From the NCBI GenBank assembly GCA_965199825.1, contig OZ241329.1:1-64000 (forward strand): DNA of 64,000 nt, read 5' to 3'. The notes under the pieces were generated by a model. That model was not told where the DNA came from. It did not search any database and saw only the letters and a list, made by a program, of their open reading frames with translations. Positions 9,573 through 19,847 of the stretch are shown here, in pieces. This stretch comes from Bdellovibrionales bacterium (GTDB taxonomy: Bacteria > Bdellovibrionota > Bdellovibrionia > Bdellovibrionales > UBA1609). Position 1 is the first letter of the stretch. Every line of letters starts with the position of its first letter. Position numbers and translations under genes: made by a program.

Positions 9573-10450
9573 TGCAGTGATCCCTTTTTTATAACCGAGA
9601 TCACCTGCATTAAAGCCGCCGAGTCGCGCACATAAAGCCTGCCACAAAACTCGCAGCGCACTTCGATATTTTCTTTTTGATCGATCATCTCTTGCAGCTC
9701 TTCAATCGGGAACAAGGTGAGACTTCGGTCTACCCTTTCGACCGAGCAACGACAAAAATATCTCGGCACCTGGGGATGCGCGATGGGCAGCAGCTCGATA
9801 TCGCCAATAAAATTTCTTGCAACATCAATTGCTGTTGCGCCCTTTTCGATTGCTTCAGAAATCGATCCCGCGGCCTTGACCCTTTGTTCGAGGTCTTCAA
9901 CCAAGCCTTCGCTGGCACCAGGCATAAGTTCAATCAGCACCCCTCCTGCAGACACAACATAGCCATAGGCGTTGACCTTAACCCCCAACGCCACAACCGA
10001 TGGCGTTTGATGAGACTGCTGAAAATAAAAAGCGATGTCGTCTCCAATTTCGCCGGTTTGAATTTCCACCGTCCCGCGATGAGGCTGCAACTGATAAGGA
10101 AGTGTTCGGGCAACGGTTAAAAAACCTTTTCCAACTGCACGTCCCACATCAATTCGCCCGTTATTCAATGGCATTTCAAGTTGTGGTTGTGGAGTGTAGC
10201 CCCGCACATCGCCCTCAAAATTGGCTTCGGCAAAAACCATTTCGAGTGGGCCATCACCACGAAAATAAAGACTCACCTCTTGGTCATCTTTAAGATGCGC
10301 CGCCATTAAGAGTGCGGCCACCATCGATCGTCCCACCGCCATTGTTGCTAAGGGATAGGTATTTTGGAGGCTCTGCATTTCACGCACAACAAGCGTGGCA
10401 TCCACTGCAGCCAATCGAAAGCTTAAGTCTTTAGAAATAAATTTTACCAT
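9569..10450 (-). CDS. hslO: Hsp33 redox-regulated chaperone
   Basis: GDGPL, GEIGDD, CRCS...CEFC zinc centre. Start set at MVKFISK. Confidence 0.92.
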   Translation of the reverse strand: MVKFISKDLSFRLAAVDATLVVREMQSLQNTYPLATMAVGRSMVAALLMAAHLKDDQEVSLYFRGDGPLEMVFAEANFEGDVRGYTPQPQLEMPLNNGRIDVGRAVGKGFLTVARTLPYQLQPHRGTVEIQTGEIGDDIAFYFQQSHQTPSVVALGVKVNAYGYVVSAGGVLIELMPGASEGLVEDLEQRVKAAGSISEAIEKGATAIDVARNFIGDIELLPIAHPQVPRYFCRCSVERVDRSLTLFPIEELQEMIDQKENIEVRCEFCGRLYVRDSAALMQVISVIKKGSLH

Positions 10451-10624
10451 GTAAAGATGTGATCTCGAAATGACTTCAAAAAAGCAATACTTTTCGTAAG
10501 GATTTAACCATTTGCTGTGTGCTCGAAGGTATTGCGATTTAACAAAACTTACTCTGAGCACAAATATTTTACGAAACAGCGTTTGGTCTTCGACCTCATA
10601 CGCAACTTCGTGTAAATAAATTTT

Positions 10625-11239
10625 ATGAAAAAAATAATTTTTGCGTCCTTGTTTTTTTGTTTGCCGGTTGTTGCTCAATCCAGTCTTGAGCGACTCAGTT
10701 GTTCAAACCGCGCCGTGGTGATCAACTTTGCTGATAATAAGAATGCTGTTGTTGTCGAGGCGCCGATGGCAAAGCTCTATTTCAAACCGAAGGATAAAGC
10801 CACTTTGGCGGTTTTGGCCGAAACACTCAAAGGTTATCCCTATCGGGCATTGCCGGTTGAAGCGCCCCTAAAAGCGGTCACTCAGCCCAAGACGAAGATG
10901 GAAAAGTTTGTGCGCTTTATCCAAAATCGGGTGATGGATAATTTTGGCAGCTTGCCCAATGTTTTCAATACGGTCTTAACGACGGAAACCTGGAATGACC
11001 AAGTGCCTGAGATTTTCGGATTTATCGAGCCTGATGATCATAAGAATTCTGACTTCGTGGTTAAGCATTCTCATAGAATCAGTGAGATCATTCAGGCACT
11101 CCCAGCTGGATCTGATCTTTTTGTGATTGCTGAGCGTGAGTCGCCAAACTATGAGGGCGAATCCTTGCCTGAGTTGGTGAACGAAATTGAAAATCAAAAT
11201 CCAAATTCACAGCACCACGAAGTCTGGTGCCCAAAGTGA
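10625..11239 (+). CDS. Secreted hypothetical protein
   Basis: Signal peptide MKKIIFASLFF; 204-aa ORF. Confidence 0.7.
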   Translation: MKKIIFASLFFCLPVVAQSSLERLSCSNRAVVINFADNKNAVVVEAPMAKLYFKPKDKATLAVLAETLKGYPYRALPVEAPLKAVTQPKTKMEKFVRFIQNRVMDNFGSLPNVFNTVLTTETWNDQVPEIFGFIEPDDHKNSDFVVKHSHRISEIIQALPAGSDLFVIAERESPNYEGESLPELVNEIENQNPNSQHHEVWCPK

Positions 11240-11295
11240 TTCTTGATCTGAGACACACGGTTTAGTTTTTTTTGTGGCCGTGTTAAGATTTAAAG

Positions 11296-11694
11296 ATGAT
11301 TTATCTTCTTCTTTTTATTTTGCCGGCCTTTGCAGAACTCGATCGCTACGACACCCAAGCTCTTGAGCAAACCAAGCAGCTTTTGGTTTCTCCCAGCGAG
11401 CGGGCCCAAGCCATAAAATCGGATTCAAAAGCCCAAGAGGCCGACAAAGAACTGCAAAGTGTTGCGGGATCTGATGAACGAAAACAAAAGCTCTATGAGC
11501 TTTCAGCTAAAATATTTGAATCGACGACTCAACAAACAAACGGTGGGGATCAGACCGAGTTGATGCAGAATGCGATGAAAGACCCAAAGGCTTTTTTTGA
11601 GTCTCTTTCACCTGAACAGCAACGAGAGCTATCAGGGATTGCCAACGAGATCCACGGCTCCGCTGATTTGAGTTCGAAGGCGCAAAAGCCCTAA
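11296..11694 (+). CDS. Secreted helical hypothetical protein
   Basis: Signal peptide; DPKAFFESLSPEQQ motif. Confidence 0.7.
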   Translation: MIYLLLFILPAFAELDRYDTQALEQTKQLLVSPSERAQAIKSDSKAQEADKELQSVAGSDERKQKLYELSAKIFESTTQQTNGGDQTELMQNAMKDPKAFFESLSPEQQRELSGIANEIHGSADLSSKAQKP

Positions 11695-12597
11695 CATCGT
11701 CAGTCCAAGAATCAGACCAAAGATCTCTCCACCCAGGTGGGCCGAATACGCCACACCTCCACTCAAACTTGAGCTCGAAAAATATCCGGCAAGATCGGCA
11801 AGACCCCAATACAAAAATAAGATCCATGTCGGTAAGAGCACGAGGCCCGAGTAGCGGTTTCCAGGTAAAAAAAGCCAATAAAAAAACGGAACTCGAGTCG
11901 TGATAAAGCGTGAACAAAGGTAGCCCATAAGTCCTGATACCGCAGCACTAGCGCCAATCAATGGAGCAAGTGATATCCCAGTGAGCAAAGCATACGAAAG
12001 TGCTCCTATCATTCCTGCGCCTAAGAAAACTAAGAGAACAAGCAGTCCCCCTTCGCGGCGCTCAAGGTATCCACCAATCAATAATAAAAAAAACATATTC
12101 CCGATCAAGTGCATCGCTGAGCCATGGGCAAAGATATAGGTAATCCACCTGACCAAGTGGGTGTGAGATTTAAAAAATCCCATACCGTTTAAAGGATCAG
12201 AATTTTGAATTGTCTTGATTTGGCTGATCCCTTTTTTTAAAAATTTGCTCGCCACAGGATCTGGATTCGACGTTTCAGAATACTCTGCCATAAATTGATG
12301 GTCTCGGAGTGCGCTGATCGACATGATTTCAAGGCTCGAAGTTTCACCTTGGACTGCATGCGCCGCAACACTTTGAAGTGAACGATCAAACGACTGAGGA
12401 TGACGGTGTACAAACGTAGAAAACAAAACACCCTGGGTATCGGAATAATAATCTTGCGACGCTATGAGATCAATTTGAGCATCGTCGCTGATCACCATTG
12501 GATTGGTAAATAAAAAAAGAAGAGTATTGAGCAGCACCAAAAACCAGGTGACCGGAATCGAAAAAAACCGAATGCCCTCAAGCCAAGGAAAGATCAT
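11632..12597 (-). CDS. Rhomboid family intramembrane serine protease
   Basis: FAHG..HLIGNM, GASAAV (catalytic Ser), AHLGG (catalytic His). Confidence 0.9.
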   Translation of the reverse strand: MIFPWLEGIRFFSIPVTWFLVLLNTLLFLFTNPMVISDDAQIDLIASQDYYSDTQGVLFSTFVHRHPQSFDRSLQSVAAHAVQGETSSLEIMSISALRDHQFMAEYSETSNPDPVASKFLKKGISQIKTIQNSDPLNGMGFFKSHTHLVRWITYIFAHGSAMHLIGNMFFLLLIGGYLERREGGLLVLLVFLGAGMIGALSYALLTGISLAPLIGASAAVSGLMGYLCSRFITTRVPFFYWLFLPGNRYSGLVLLPTWILFLYWGLADLAGYFSSSSLSGGVAYSAHLGGEIFGLILGLTMLGLLRLRTQISGAVDLVGNP

Positions 12598-14132
12598 TTG
12601 GATTTCACACTTGCGGGTCGTCGCGAATTTTCAAGCGCATTTAAAATATGATCGCGCTCAGGCCCGTCACCCAAAATTTGTGCGTAATGCATCAAAGGTT
12701 TTAAAAACTTTTTTGATGGTGCGGATAGAGTCCATTGGCGGGTGATTTCACGCTTCAAGACAGCGCTTGAAGTCGAGCGCAAAATTGAATCAAAATCGGT
12801 ATAGGCTTGAGCGTAGTTTTTTAATTTAAGTTCATCCATCGCAACCCCAAAAGATTTTAAATCCTCAGAGGACGCCTTAAGAAAAACATCAGTAGAAAGT
12901 GGATTCTGTTCGCATTCGAGTTTTCGAAATTGGGCGAGCAGATTTCGGTTGGACGAAGTATTTTTATTGGCAATAAAATCGCATGAGGATTCAGACTTCT
13001 TGTCACAAGAGTTTTCGAGTTGCTCAAAACAGGTCAGGCTTGCGATATTTAAGGCCTCATCTTGATCTAAGGTCTCGATGGCGATGTTTGAGAGCATTCG
13101 GGCCGATGCCATATGTCCCATTGCCAAAAGCGATTGAACTCGAGACTGAAGTAAAAACCCTTTAAGGCTTTGAGGATGCTGAGATTTGCTTATCAGCTGC
13201 AATGCGGAATCATATTGATGAATGCTAAATAAATATTGGATCGACCAAACCAGCGCAAAAGAGTTTTGACTCAAACTTAATTTTTTAAATGCCTCTTTGG
13301 ATTCAGCACTGAGGGCTCCACCCTTAATCATAGTGGCGATCGCACAGGCATCACCTTGAGTCCTACAAGATTGAGCTAAATAATCATTCATCACTTCGGC
13401 TTCATCATCATAGATCAAACTCATCGCTAGCGAGGCCAACTCAAAATTTTTGTGTGTCAGGTAGATTGCTTTATAGGCTTCTTTTTTTAAGCATTCTTTT
13501 GAAAGCAAATCTGCGCTGTATAAGGCGACAGCCTCACCCAAGGGATCAGTTGAGTCTTGCAAAGTGTTACAAGAGTCTTGGTCTAAAACTTTAAAGCTTG
13601 CGATAAAATTTTTGGCGAAAGGTGCGGTAGCCAAACAAACACAAAAAATAAAGAGGGCCGCACCAACCTGAAGTCCGCGGCCGAATGCTTTTTCAATAGA
13701 GGTAGGTGCAGATCCAATGATTTTTTCAGATTTTACCTGAGTTTCAGAAATCAAATCATGAAAGGTCAATCGAGTGGGATGAGTCAGAAGTCTCAAACAA
13801 AACACACCCAAAGTCAGAATCTCAAATATCAATACACCACTCCGCAGAGCACATTTTGAAAAGGAATCTGCATCTGTGACAGACAGTCCGAAGCAATGCT
13901 GGCCAAGTGTTTTTTTAAAAAAATAGACGCTCAATGTTTGATAGAGAAATATCGAAACAAGGGTAATCATAAAAATACTTAAACCGCATGTGGTAAGTGT
14001 AAAGAGATCCTCTTCAAGTGCTGCGGTTTGAGCGAGAGCTCTCAATGGAGCAATAAGTAAAAATAGCGGCGGCGGTAAAAGAATAAAAAAATCGACGATA
14101 AAACTCGCCGCGCGGTCTTTGACTAAAGGCAT
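12594..14132 (-). CDS. RDD family membrane protein with a large Cys-containing helical extracytoplasmic domain
   Basis: RAASFIVD, TLG, FHDLISETQV motifs; AGGAGG RBS. Confidence 0.8.
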   Translation of the reverse strand: MPLVKDRAASFIVDFFILLPPPLFLLIAPLRALAQTAALEEDLFTLTTCGLSIFMITLVSIFLYQTLSVYFFKKTLGQHCFGLSVTDADSFSKCALRSGVLIFEILTLGVFCLRLLTHPTRLTFHDLISETQVKSEKIIGSAPTSIEKAFGRGLQVGAALFIFCVCLATAPFAKNFIASFKVLDQDSCNTLQDSTDPLGEAVALYSADLLSKECLKKEAYKAIYLTHKNFELASLAMSLIYDDEAEVMNDYLAQSCRTQGDACAIATMIKGGALSAESKEAFKKLSLSQNSFALVWSIQYLFSIHQYDSALQLISKSQHPQSLKGFLLQSRVQSLLAMGHMASARMLSNIAIETLDQDEALNIASLTCFEQLENSCDKKSESSCDFIANKNTSSNRNLLAQFRKLECEQNPLSTDVFLKASSEDLKSFGVAMDELKLKNYAQAYTDFDSILRSTSSAVLKREITRQWTLSAPSKKFLKPLMHYAQILGDGPERDHILNALENSRRPASVKSK

Positions 14133-14138
14133 TCCTCC

Positions 14139-14753
14139 TTATCGGATGGAATGCGTTTGAAAATGAACCAAATGGCCCGAAATATCCATTTCAAAATCGG
14201 CTGTGGCCACAACTTTTGTAGAGTCCATAAGATCATAAGACTCTACGACCTTTGTCGTAGAAATTTGTTTATCAGTTAAGACTGCACTCGAAAATTTTGC
14301 ATTGATCAATTCGCGTTGCTCATCCAAAAACTCTTTGCTGCCTGCAAATTCTGGAAGTTCTTTTGAATCACTTTCGATTTCGGTGATTTTTCCATTTTCA
14401 AATCTCACCATATATTTTCCTTGAAGAGTTCCGACGCGCAGCTGATCCATTGCAGCTGGACTTTGACCCACACTTGCCGGGGCTCGATTTGAACTTAAAC
14501 TTTGAGCAACTGATTTTTCCCATTGCGAATTCATTGTGCTGACGCCGTCAACACTTGCGAGAGATCGTTGGTTAACCACTTCCGAATTTGATCGCAACAA
14601 AACACGATTCGCTAGACTGACCACCAGCACGATTGAAAACAACGATGCAGAAATTAAAACCTTTTTTTGTTCGAGATCATAGCGTGTCTTACCTTGAGAC
14701 GTTGGTCGGCTTCGTGCTTTGCTTGGAAACTGAATCACATTTTTTGAACTCAT
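14139..14753 (-). CDS. Single-pass membrane hypothetical protein
   Basis: One TM segment; RSLAS/RAPAS motifs typical of Bdellovibrionota exported proteins. Confidence 0.7.
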   Translation of the reverse strand: MSSKNVIQFPSKARSRPTSQGKTRYDLEQKKVLISASLFSIVLVVSLANRVLLRSNSEVVNQRSLASVDGVSTMNSQWEKSVAQSLSSNRAPASVGQSPAAMDQLRVGTLQGKYMVRFENGKITEIESDSKELPEFAGSKEFLDEQRELINAKFSSAVLTDKQISTTKVVESYDLMDSTKVVATADFEMDISGHLVHFQTHSIR

Positions 14754-14924
14754 TTAAATCCCCCACACTCTATTATACAATTGCTATGCCGCCCTCTTCG
14801 CCAATCTTTCGGCAGTAAATCGGTTAGTATCTCGACAGGACCACACAATATTGACTACGACTTTAGGCTTGTTCAAATGCACACTGTCTCGTGTTGAGAT
14901 TTCAAACACCGTATACTTTAACCC

Positions 14925-15953
14925 ATGACACTCTTTTTGATTACCTTTGCATTGGCGGCGTCACTCGACGTCGATATTTCCCGCCTTGAAAAAGAAATCA
15001 ATCTTCGTCCACAGGTTCTCATTGTTCGTGAAACTCTGGCAGATAAATATTCTCAAAAACACGACTATGATAAGGTGATCTCGCTTTTAGATCCTTTTAT
15101 TGATCGGGCTCCACAAAAATCATTGTTGCTGCTGGCAAGTGCCTATCGTGCAAAAAAAGATTATGAAAATGAAATCCGTGTTTTAAAGCTGGTGGCTGAA
15201 AAAAACGAAACAAATCCAAAGTTTTTTTATTTACTCGGAATTGCCCAAATGAATGCCAAAAAAGAAAATGAGGGTATTGCAAGTTTTCGCCACAGCTTAG
15301 AGCTGAATGAAAACTTTAAAATCGCTGCAGATGCTTTAAGAGAATATTTTTTAAAAATCGATGCGCGCTACGAGGCTCGAGAGTTGATCCTCTCGATGAT
15401 CAAAAAGTTTGGTCCAGCTCCTGCTTATCTCAATGATCTGTGTAAGCTCTATGCCGCTGATGGTTTTGGAGTTGATGCGGTCAAACAATGCGAAAAAGCG
15501 ATTCAAAAATCTCCGCAGCTCCCCGACAATTATGTCTATCAAGCGCAAAGCTATTATGACTCCGATCAATCTCAAAAGGCAGAGCAAATACTCACCAAGT
15601 CAGCAGATCAATTTGCAAAGTCTGAATTTGTGCTATGGGCAGCGGGTTCGCTTTATTTAAAGAAAAATCTTTATCCGGTAGCTGCCAAATATTTTAAAAA
15701 AGCCATCCTTGCCGATCCCAATTCACCAAGAAGTCTTGTTGGTTTAGGCCAAGCCGAATTACAGAATGGACACTTTAGCGAATCCTACGATTCGTATTTT
15801 AAAGCATGTTCGCTGGATATAAAAATGGTTGAGAGTTTTCAAGATGGAACGGCCACGCTTCGCCAAAAAGGCAACGAAACATGGGCGCGTAAATTCAATC
15901 AAGGCAGTTATTCATGTCGACCTAAGGCTGCTGCCAGTCGGCAGCAGCGCTAG
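14925..15953 (+). CDS. Secreted TPR protein
   Basis: Signal peptide followed by multiple TPR repeats. Confidence 0.85.
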   Translation: MTLFLITFALAASLDVDISRLEKEINLRPQVLIVRETLADKYSQKHDYDKVISLLDPFIDRAPQKSLLLLASAYRAKKDYENEIRVLKLVAEKNETNPKFFYLLGIAQMNAKKENEGIASFRHSLELNENFKIAADALREYFLKIDARYEARELILSMIKKFGPAPAYLNDLCKLYAADGFGVDAVKQCEKAIQKSPQLPDNYVYQAQSYYDSDQSQKAEQILTKSADQFAKSEFVLWAAGSLYLKKNLYPVAAKYFKKAILADPNSPRSLVGLGQAELQNGHFSESYDSYFKACSLDIKMVESFQDGTATLRQKGNETWARKFNQGSYSCRPKAAASRQQR

Positions 15954-15964
15954 TGCAAAAGCGA

Positions 15965-16405
15965 TTAAGCCGCTTTTTTACGACGAGCGTCTGCAGGATC
16001 AATATTATACTGTTTTACTTTACGATAAAGAGTGGCACGGCCAATACCTAAAGCTTTAGCAGCTTCGGTTAAATTTCCGCCGTATTCTTGAATCGCATTT
16101 TCAATCGCTAAACTTTCAAGTTCATTGATTGTGCGAACTTTTTTATCGCTATCACTATGTGAGAGTGATGCAGCTGGTGAAGGAAATTGCAAAATTTTTG
16201 CGCCTTCTTCAACCGGGTTTGTTCCCACAACGAGCGAAGTCAATTCGCCGGTCAGTTGCGCGCGGAAACTCGCGTCATTCACACCGCGAGCCCACTCGCT
16301 AGTTGAAAACGATTTCACCACACAACCTTGTTGTTGGCCCAAGGTCTTCATCTTTTCAATTGTCATTTGGTCGTCAGCAACGACGAACATCCAGGTCTTT
16401 AACAT
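15965..16405 (-). CDS. Fis-type HTH domain protein
   Basis: C-terminal GNLTEAAKALGIGRATLYRK; no AAA+ domain. Confidence 0.85.
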   Translation of the reverse strand: MLKTWMFVVADDQMTIEKMKTLGQQQGCVVKSFSTSEWARGVNDASFRAQLTGELTSLVVGTNPVEEGAKILQFPSPAASLSHSDSDKKVRTINELESLAIENAIQEYGGNLTEAAKALGIGRATLYRKVKQYNIDPADARRKKAA

Positions 16406-16435
16406 TCATACCCCCATAAAAGCTTGTATACATAC

Positions 16436-16463
16436 TTATCGGCGGCTCGCTTTGAGAATATGA
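16436..16463 (-). promoter_or_regulatory. Putative sigma28/FliA promoter of the Fis-like gene
   Basis: Minus strand TCAT-N16-GCCGATAA, with a consensus -10 element. Confidence 0.5.
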
Positions 16464-16516
16464 GTAAAAAATCTTTAAATGGGTCGTAATTTATAAACTA
16501 CTGAAATTATAAGGAA

Positions 16517-16960
16517 TTAACGGCGTCCAGATTTGATCTTAATCTGCATTTTTGAAATTAAATGCACTGCCATCTTTTCATGAACCTTACACATTTTAAG
16601 CTCATCTTTGCGGTAAGATCGTTGGCTGGGAGTCAACGTGCCCGTCTCGAGTTCCATTTCGTAATCCAATTTGTTGGATCGAATTCCTTCGAGCTCTTTG
16701 GTTTGCTGCTTAAAAAGTTTGCTCACACCACTCACAGGCGCAACATCCAACCACTCTTCTTTATTTTTATACCAGCTCAGCATTCTTAAAAAGCGAGCTT
16801 TGTTTTTAGCTAAAGTGAATTTTGGAAATCGACTCTCTTCGAGATCTAAAATATTATCGATACTATCAAGGAGCACAAAGTCTTCATCAAACCCTTCATG
16901 TTGAACAACATTCTTCAGGGCGTTTTTACTCTCATCAATGGTCTTTGCGGTTTGAAGCAC
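16517..16960 (-). CDS. Hypothetical protein
   Basis: AGGAGG RBS before a GTG start; 147-aa ORF. Confidence 0.75.
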   Translation of the reverse strand: MLQTAKTIDESKNALKNVVQHEGFDEDFVLLDSIDNILDLEESRFPKFTLAKNKARFLRMLSWYKNKEEWLDVAPVSGVSKLFKQQTKELEGIRSNKLDYEMELETGTLTPSQRSYRKDELKMCKVHEKMAVHLISKMQIKIKSGRR

Positions 16961-17090
16961 TCGTATAACCTCCTAGGTATTTTGATTAGTACTCTAGTTT
17001 TCGCAAAATTTCATTATTAAAAAAACTGACGCGCGAATAAAGATGTCGATCTCCAATTGACCCATGTGAAGATTAATCCAAAACTACAGC

Positions 17091-19847
17091 ATGTTTTATA
17101 TAAGAATTCTTTGCCTATGCTTTACCTTTTCAAGTGTAACCATTGCCCAAGTCAACTTGATGCCGTCTGATGAGTCGTACACAGTTTACGAGCTCGAACA
17201 ATCAAGACTGATCCTGCCGCAGATGTATCGACCACTCGCCACAAAGTTTTCGCTCCAGATTGATTCCATGTTGAAACTTTACCGTGAAGAGTTTCATTGG
17301 CAACTCGACGATCGAGCCGCCAACACCGTGGCCTCGGCTCACACCCAAGAGATCAATGCCTACACATTCAATTATCCTTATTTAGGTACAATTTTTTATC
17401 CCAATGGGACTCAGATTCTTGATGCGTCGGCCGCGAAGTCCTGGGCTCAATTGTTAATCGTTCACGAATTTGCCCATCTTTACCAACTCAATCAAAAAGG
17501 TCCGGTGTCGTCAGTTCTTTATTCTGTATTTGGCACATCCGAACTGCCGTTTGTTGTACTGCCTTTATTTACTCAGCCCAACGATCTTCTTCCTGATTTT
17601 GTGCTCGAAGGGAATGCGGTATTTAACGAATCGCGCTTTGGTCTAGGTGGACGGCTTTACAGCGGTGAAGTTCGTGCCCAAGTCTATGAACTGATTAAAG
17701 ATCAAAAAATAAATCTCAAGCGGCTTATGAACAATCATCTCGAGTTCCCGTTCGGCAGCGAAAAATATTATGTGGGCGGATATTTTATGGAATATCTCGC
17801 CAAGCGGTTTGGTTTAGAAAAAACAAATGGTTTTTTTAAAAATCACCGAGATCATTGGATCAATCCATTTTTGCTCAACCGCTCTTTTGTTGCGACCTTT
17901 GGATTGGGCTACGAAGACTTGTTCCAACAGTTTTTAAATCAAACTCTAGAAGTTGCAAAAAATCAAAAAACAAATCCCAACGCTCCACTGGTGACCGCTT
18001 TTTTTAATGGACCCTTAAATAGCGATGAGAACCAAGTGACGTTCGTTGCTCAAACCGATGGGCGCAGTCAGCCTCGCTTGTTGAGTATAAATAAAAAGAC
18101 ATTAGAGGTTCATAATGAGGGTAAAAATTTAGAGACAGGCAAAGTTTTTTTTAACTCCAATCTTGAGCCCGTGGTTGCGGCACCGCTGCGCTACAGTGTA
18201 CGGCGGCTGCAGTATTCCCTTTATGGTGAAAATGCCAAATTTTATCCTGAGCATAAAAATCAGATTGTCCAAGATATCCGCGCGGCTCACACCCTCACAA
18301 TTGATGCCGAAAATTCCCTTTTTGAAAATCGTTTGCTACTCGATAATAAATTTTTTGCTCAATCTCATTCGTCAGCAATTTTAGACGATAAGGGATCGGT
18401 CTATTATTTTAAACAAGACCATAGCAAAAAAGTCTTGTTCAAAAATCATGAGGAGATTGCCCGCTTTGATGGGTTTTATGCAAAACTCACCGAGGTCACT
18501 CCTGATGGAAAAGTATTTTTTATTGCAAATACGCCTTATGGGTCTTCGCTTTTTTCGTTTAATGGAGCTCAATTTGAACGGCACTCAGATTCCGATGTGA
18601 TCGTTGACGCACGATTTTTAAATGACAATAAAATTGTCGCGGTCGAAGTGAGTTCAGAGGGCTATCAAACAAAAATTATTGATCAGGTTGCTCAGAGCGA
18701 AAATCCAGCGGTGTATCATTATTTTTTTGACAAGACCCCCGATTTTGAAAAGTTCCAAAATAATTTTCCACTTGGATCAAAACCCCATTCGCACAGCTAT
18801 TTTGAGCCCTTTCAAATGCGCTATTCTTCAGCGGTTTTTGGTGCTCTCATGTCACCCTTCGGACTCGGCGGAGCCTCTAACATCACTTTTGTCGATCCTC
18901 TTGAATACAACACTTTAAGTCTAACCTACCAAACAGGATTTAAACACGCAGGGACGGGTTTATTGTCCTACCAAAATAATCGTCATGTGGTGAGCTACAC
19001 TCTGGGAGCCTTATATGACGAAGATCGTTTACTCGATAACCAAACTATTTTATCGCATCACTATAATCATACGGTGTTTTTAGATTTAAATTCGCCGTTG
19101 TGGATTCGGGGTCGCTGGAAGAGCGCTCTGATCAGCGAGCTCAGCTATGAGCATTTAGATGAAACTAATTATGCAGGCTTGATTGCGCCGGCTGCACGAA
19201 ACTTAGGACTCAGCAATACTCTTCAATTCCGTTTTTCAGAATCCTATCCCCTCTCATTTGTTCCGCACCGCGACCTTAATTTTACCATCGCTCACAAGTA
19301 TGTGACAGATGGTGATCGATTCAAAATCGCTGATAATGTTGTTGCAGCTAAAGTGAGTGGCAGCATCGATTTAGGAAAAGAAAATATCATCTCTGCAGAT
19401 GGGGGCAGCGGGTTTTCACAAAATCATAATATCGCCATTGATGACACTTTTGCTCTTCATCCTACTTCCACTTCATTTACTCCATTGATCCCCGGAATCA
19501 GCTCGAGCACGCCTGGATTTGCAACTCGTGCTTTGGAGGTTAAAGAGGCCTCTTTTGGATATCAAAAAGTAATCAATCGCGGAATTTATTCTTCGGTGAT
19601 TCCGGTCTCTCTGAGGCGCTTTGCTCCTTTTGCTCGTGCCCAATATTTTTGGTATCGCGAAAGAACGAGTCTGCCCTTTTCCCAACCCAATGATGTTCAA
19701 TTTTGGCAATATTTGATAGGCAGTGACTTTGATGTGCTGATCGCTCACAAAGCCGCAATTAAGCTCAGTGCGGCCTATGTGAACGAGACTCTCACTCGAA
19801 CAGGAACCGGGTTTATGTTGAATTTATCGACCCAATTGGCTTTTTAA
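17091..19847 (+). CDS. Outer membrane protein: gluzincin-like metallopeptidase domain, beta-propeller-like region and C-terminal beta-barrel (Omp85-like)
   Basis: HEFAH...EGNAVFNES; aromatic-rich beta strands; terminal Phe. Confidence 0.7.
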   Translation: MFYIRILCLCFTFSSVTIAQVNLMPSDESYTVYELEQSRLILPQMYRPLATKFSLQIDSMLKLYREEFHWQLDDRAANTVASAHTQEINAYTFNYPYLGTIFYPNGTQILDASAAKSWAQLLIVHEFAHLYQLNQKGPVSSVLYSVFGTSELPFVVLPLFTQPNDLLPDFVLEGNAVFNESRFGLGGRLYSGEVRAQVYELIKDQKINLKRLMNNHLEFPFGSEKYYVGGYFMEYLAKRFGLEKTNGFFKNHRDHWINPFLLNRSFVATFGLGYEDLFQQFLNQTLEVAKNQKTNPNAPLVTAFFNGPLNSDENQVTFVAQTDGRSQPRLLSINKKTLEVHNEGKNLETGKVFFNSNLEPVVAAPLRYSVRRLQYSLYGENAKFYPEHKNQIVQDIRAAHTLTIDAENSLFENRLLLDNKFFAQSHSSAILDDKGSVYYFKQDHSKKVLFKNHEEIARFDGFYAKLTEVTPDGKVFFIANTPYGSSLFSFNGAQFERHSDSDVIVDARFLNDNKIVAVEVSSEGYQTKIIDQVAQSENPAVYHYFFDKTPDFEKFQNNFPLGSKPHSHSYFEPFQMRYSSAVFGALMSPFGLGGASNITFVDPLEYNTLSLTYQTGFKHAGTGLLSYQNNRHVVSYTLGALYDEDRLLDNQTILSHHYNHTVFLDLNSPLWIRGRWKSALISELSYEHLDETNYAGLIAPAARNLGLSNTLQFRFSESYPLSFVPHRDLNFTIAHKYVTDGDRFKIADNVVAAKVSGSIDLGKENIISADGGSGFSQNHNIAIDDTFALHPTSTSFTPLIPGISSSTPGFATRALEVKEASFGYQKVINRGIYSSVIPVSLRRFAPFARAQYFWYRERTSLPFSQPNDVQFWQYLIGSDFDVLIAHKAAIKLSAAYVNETLTRTGTGFMLNLSTQLAF

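Noticed and set aside
10451..10678. N-terminal extension of Hsp33, and similar extensions on yajC, hemL, the TPR gene and the 43259 ORF
   Set aside because: They overlap neighbouring genes or promoters; downstream starts have better RBS or coupling.
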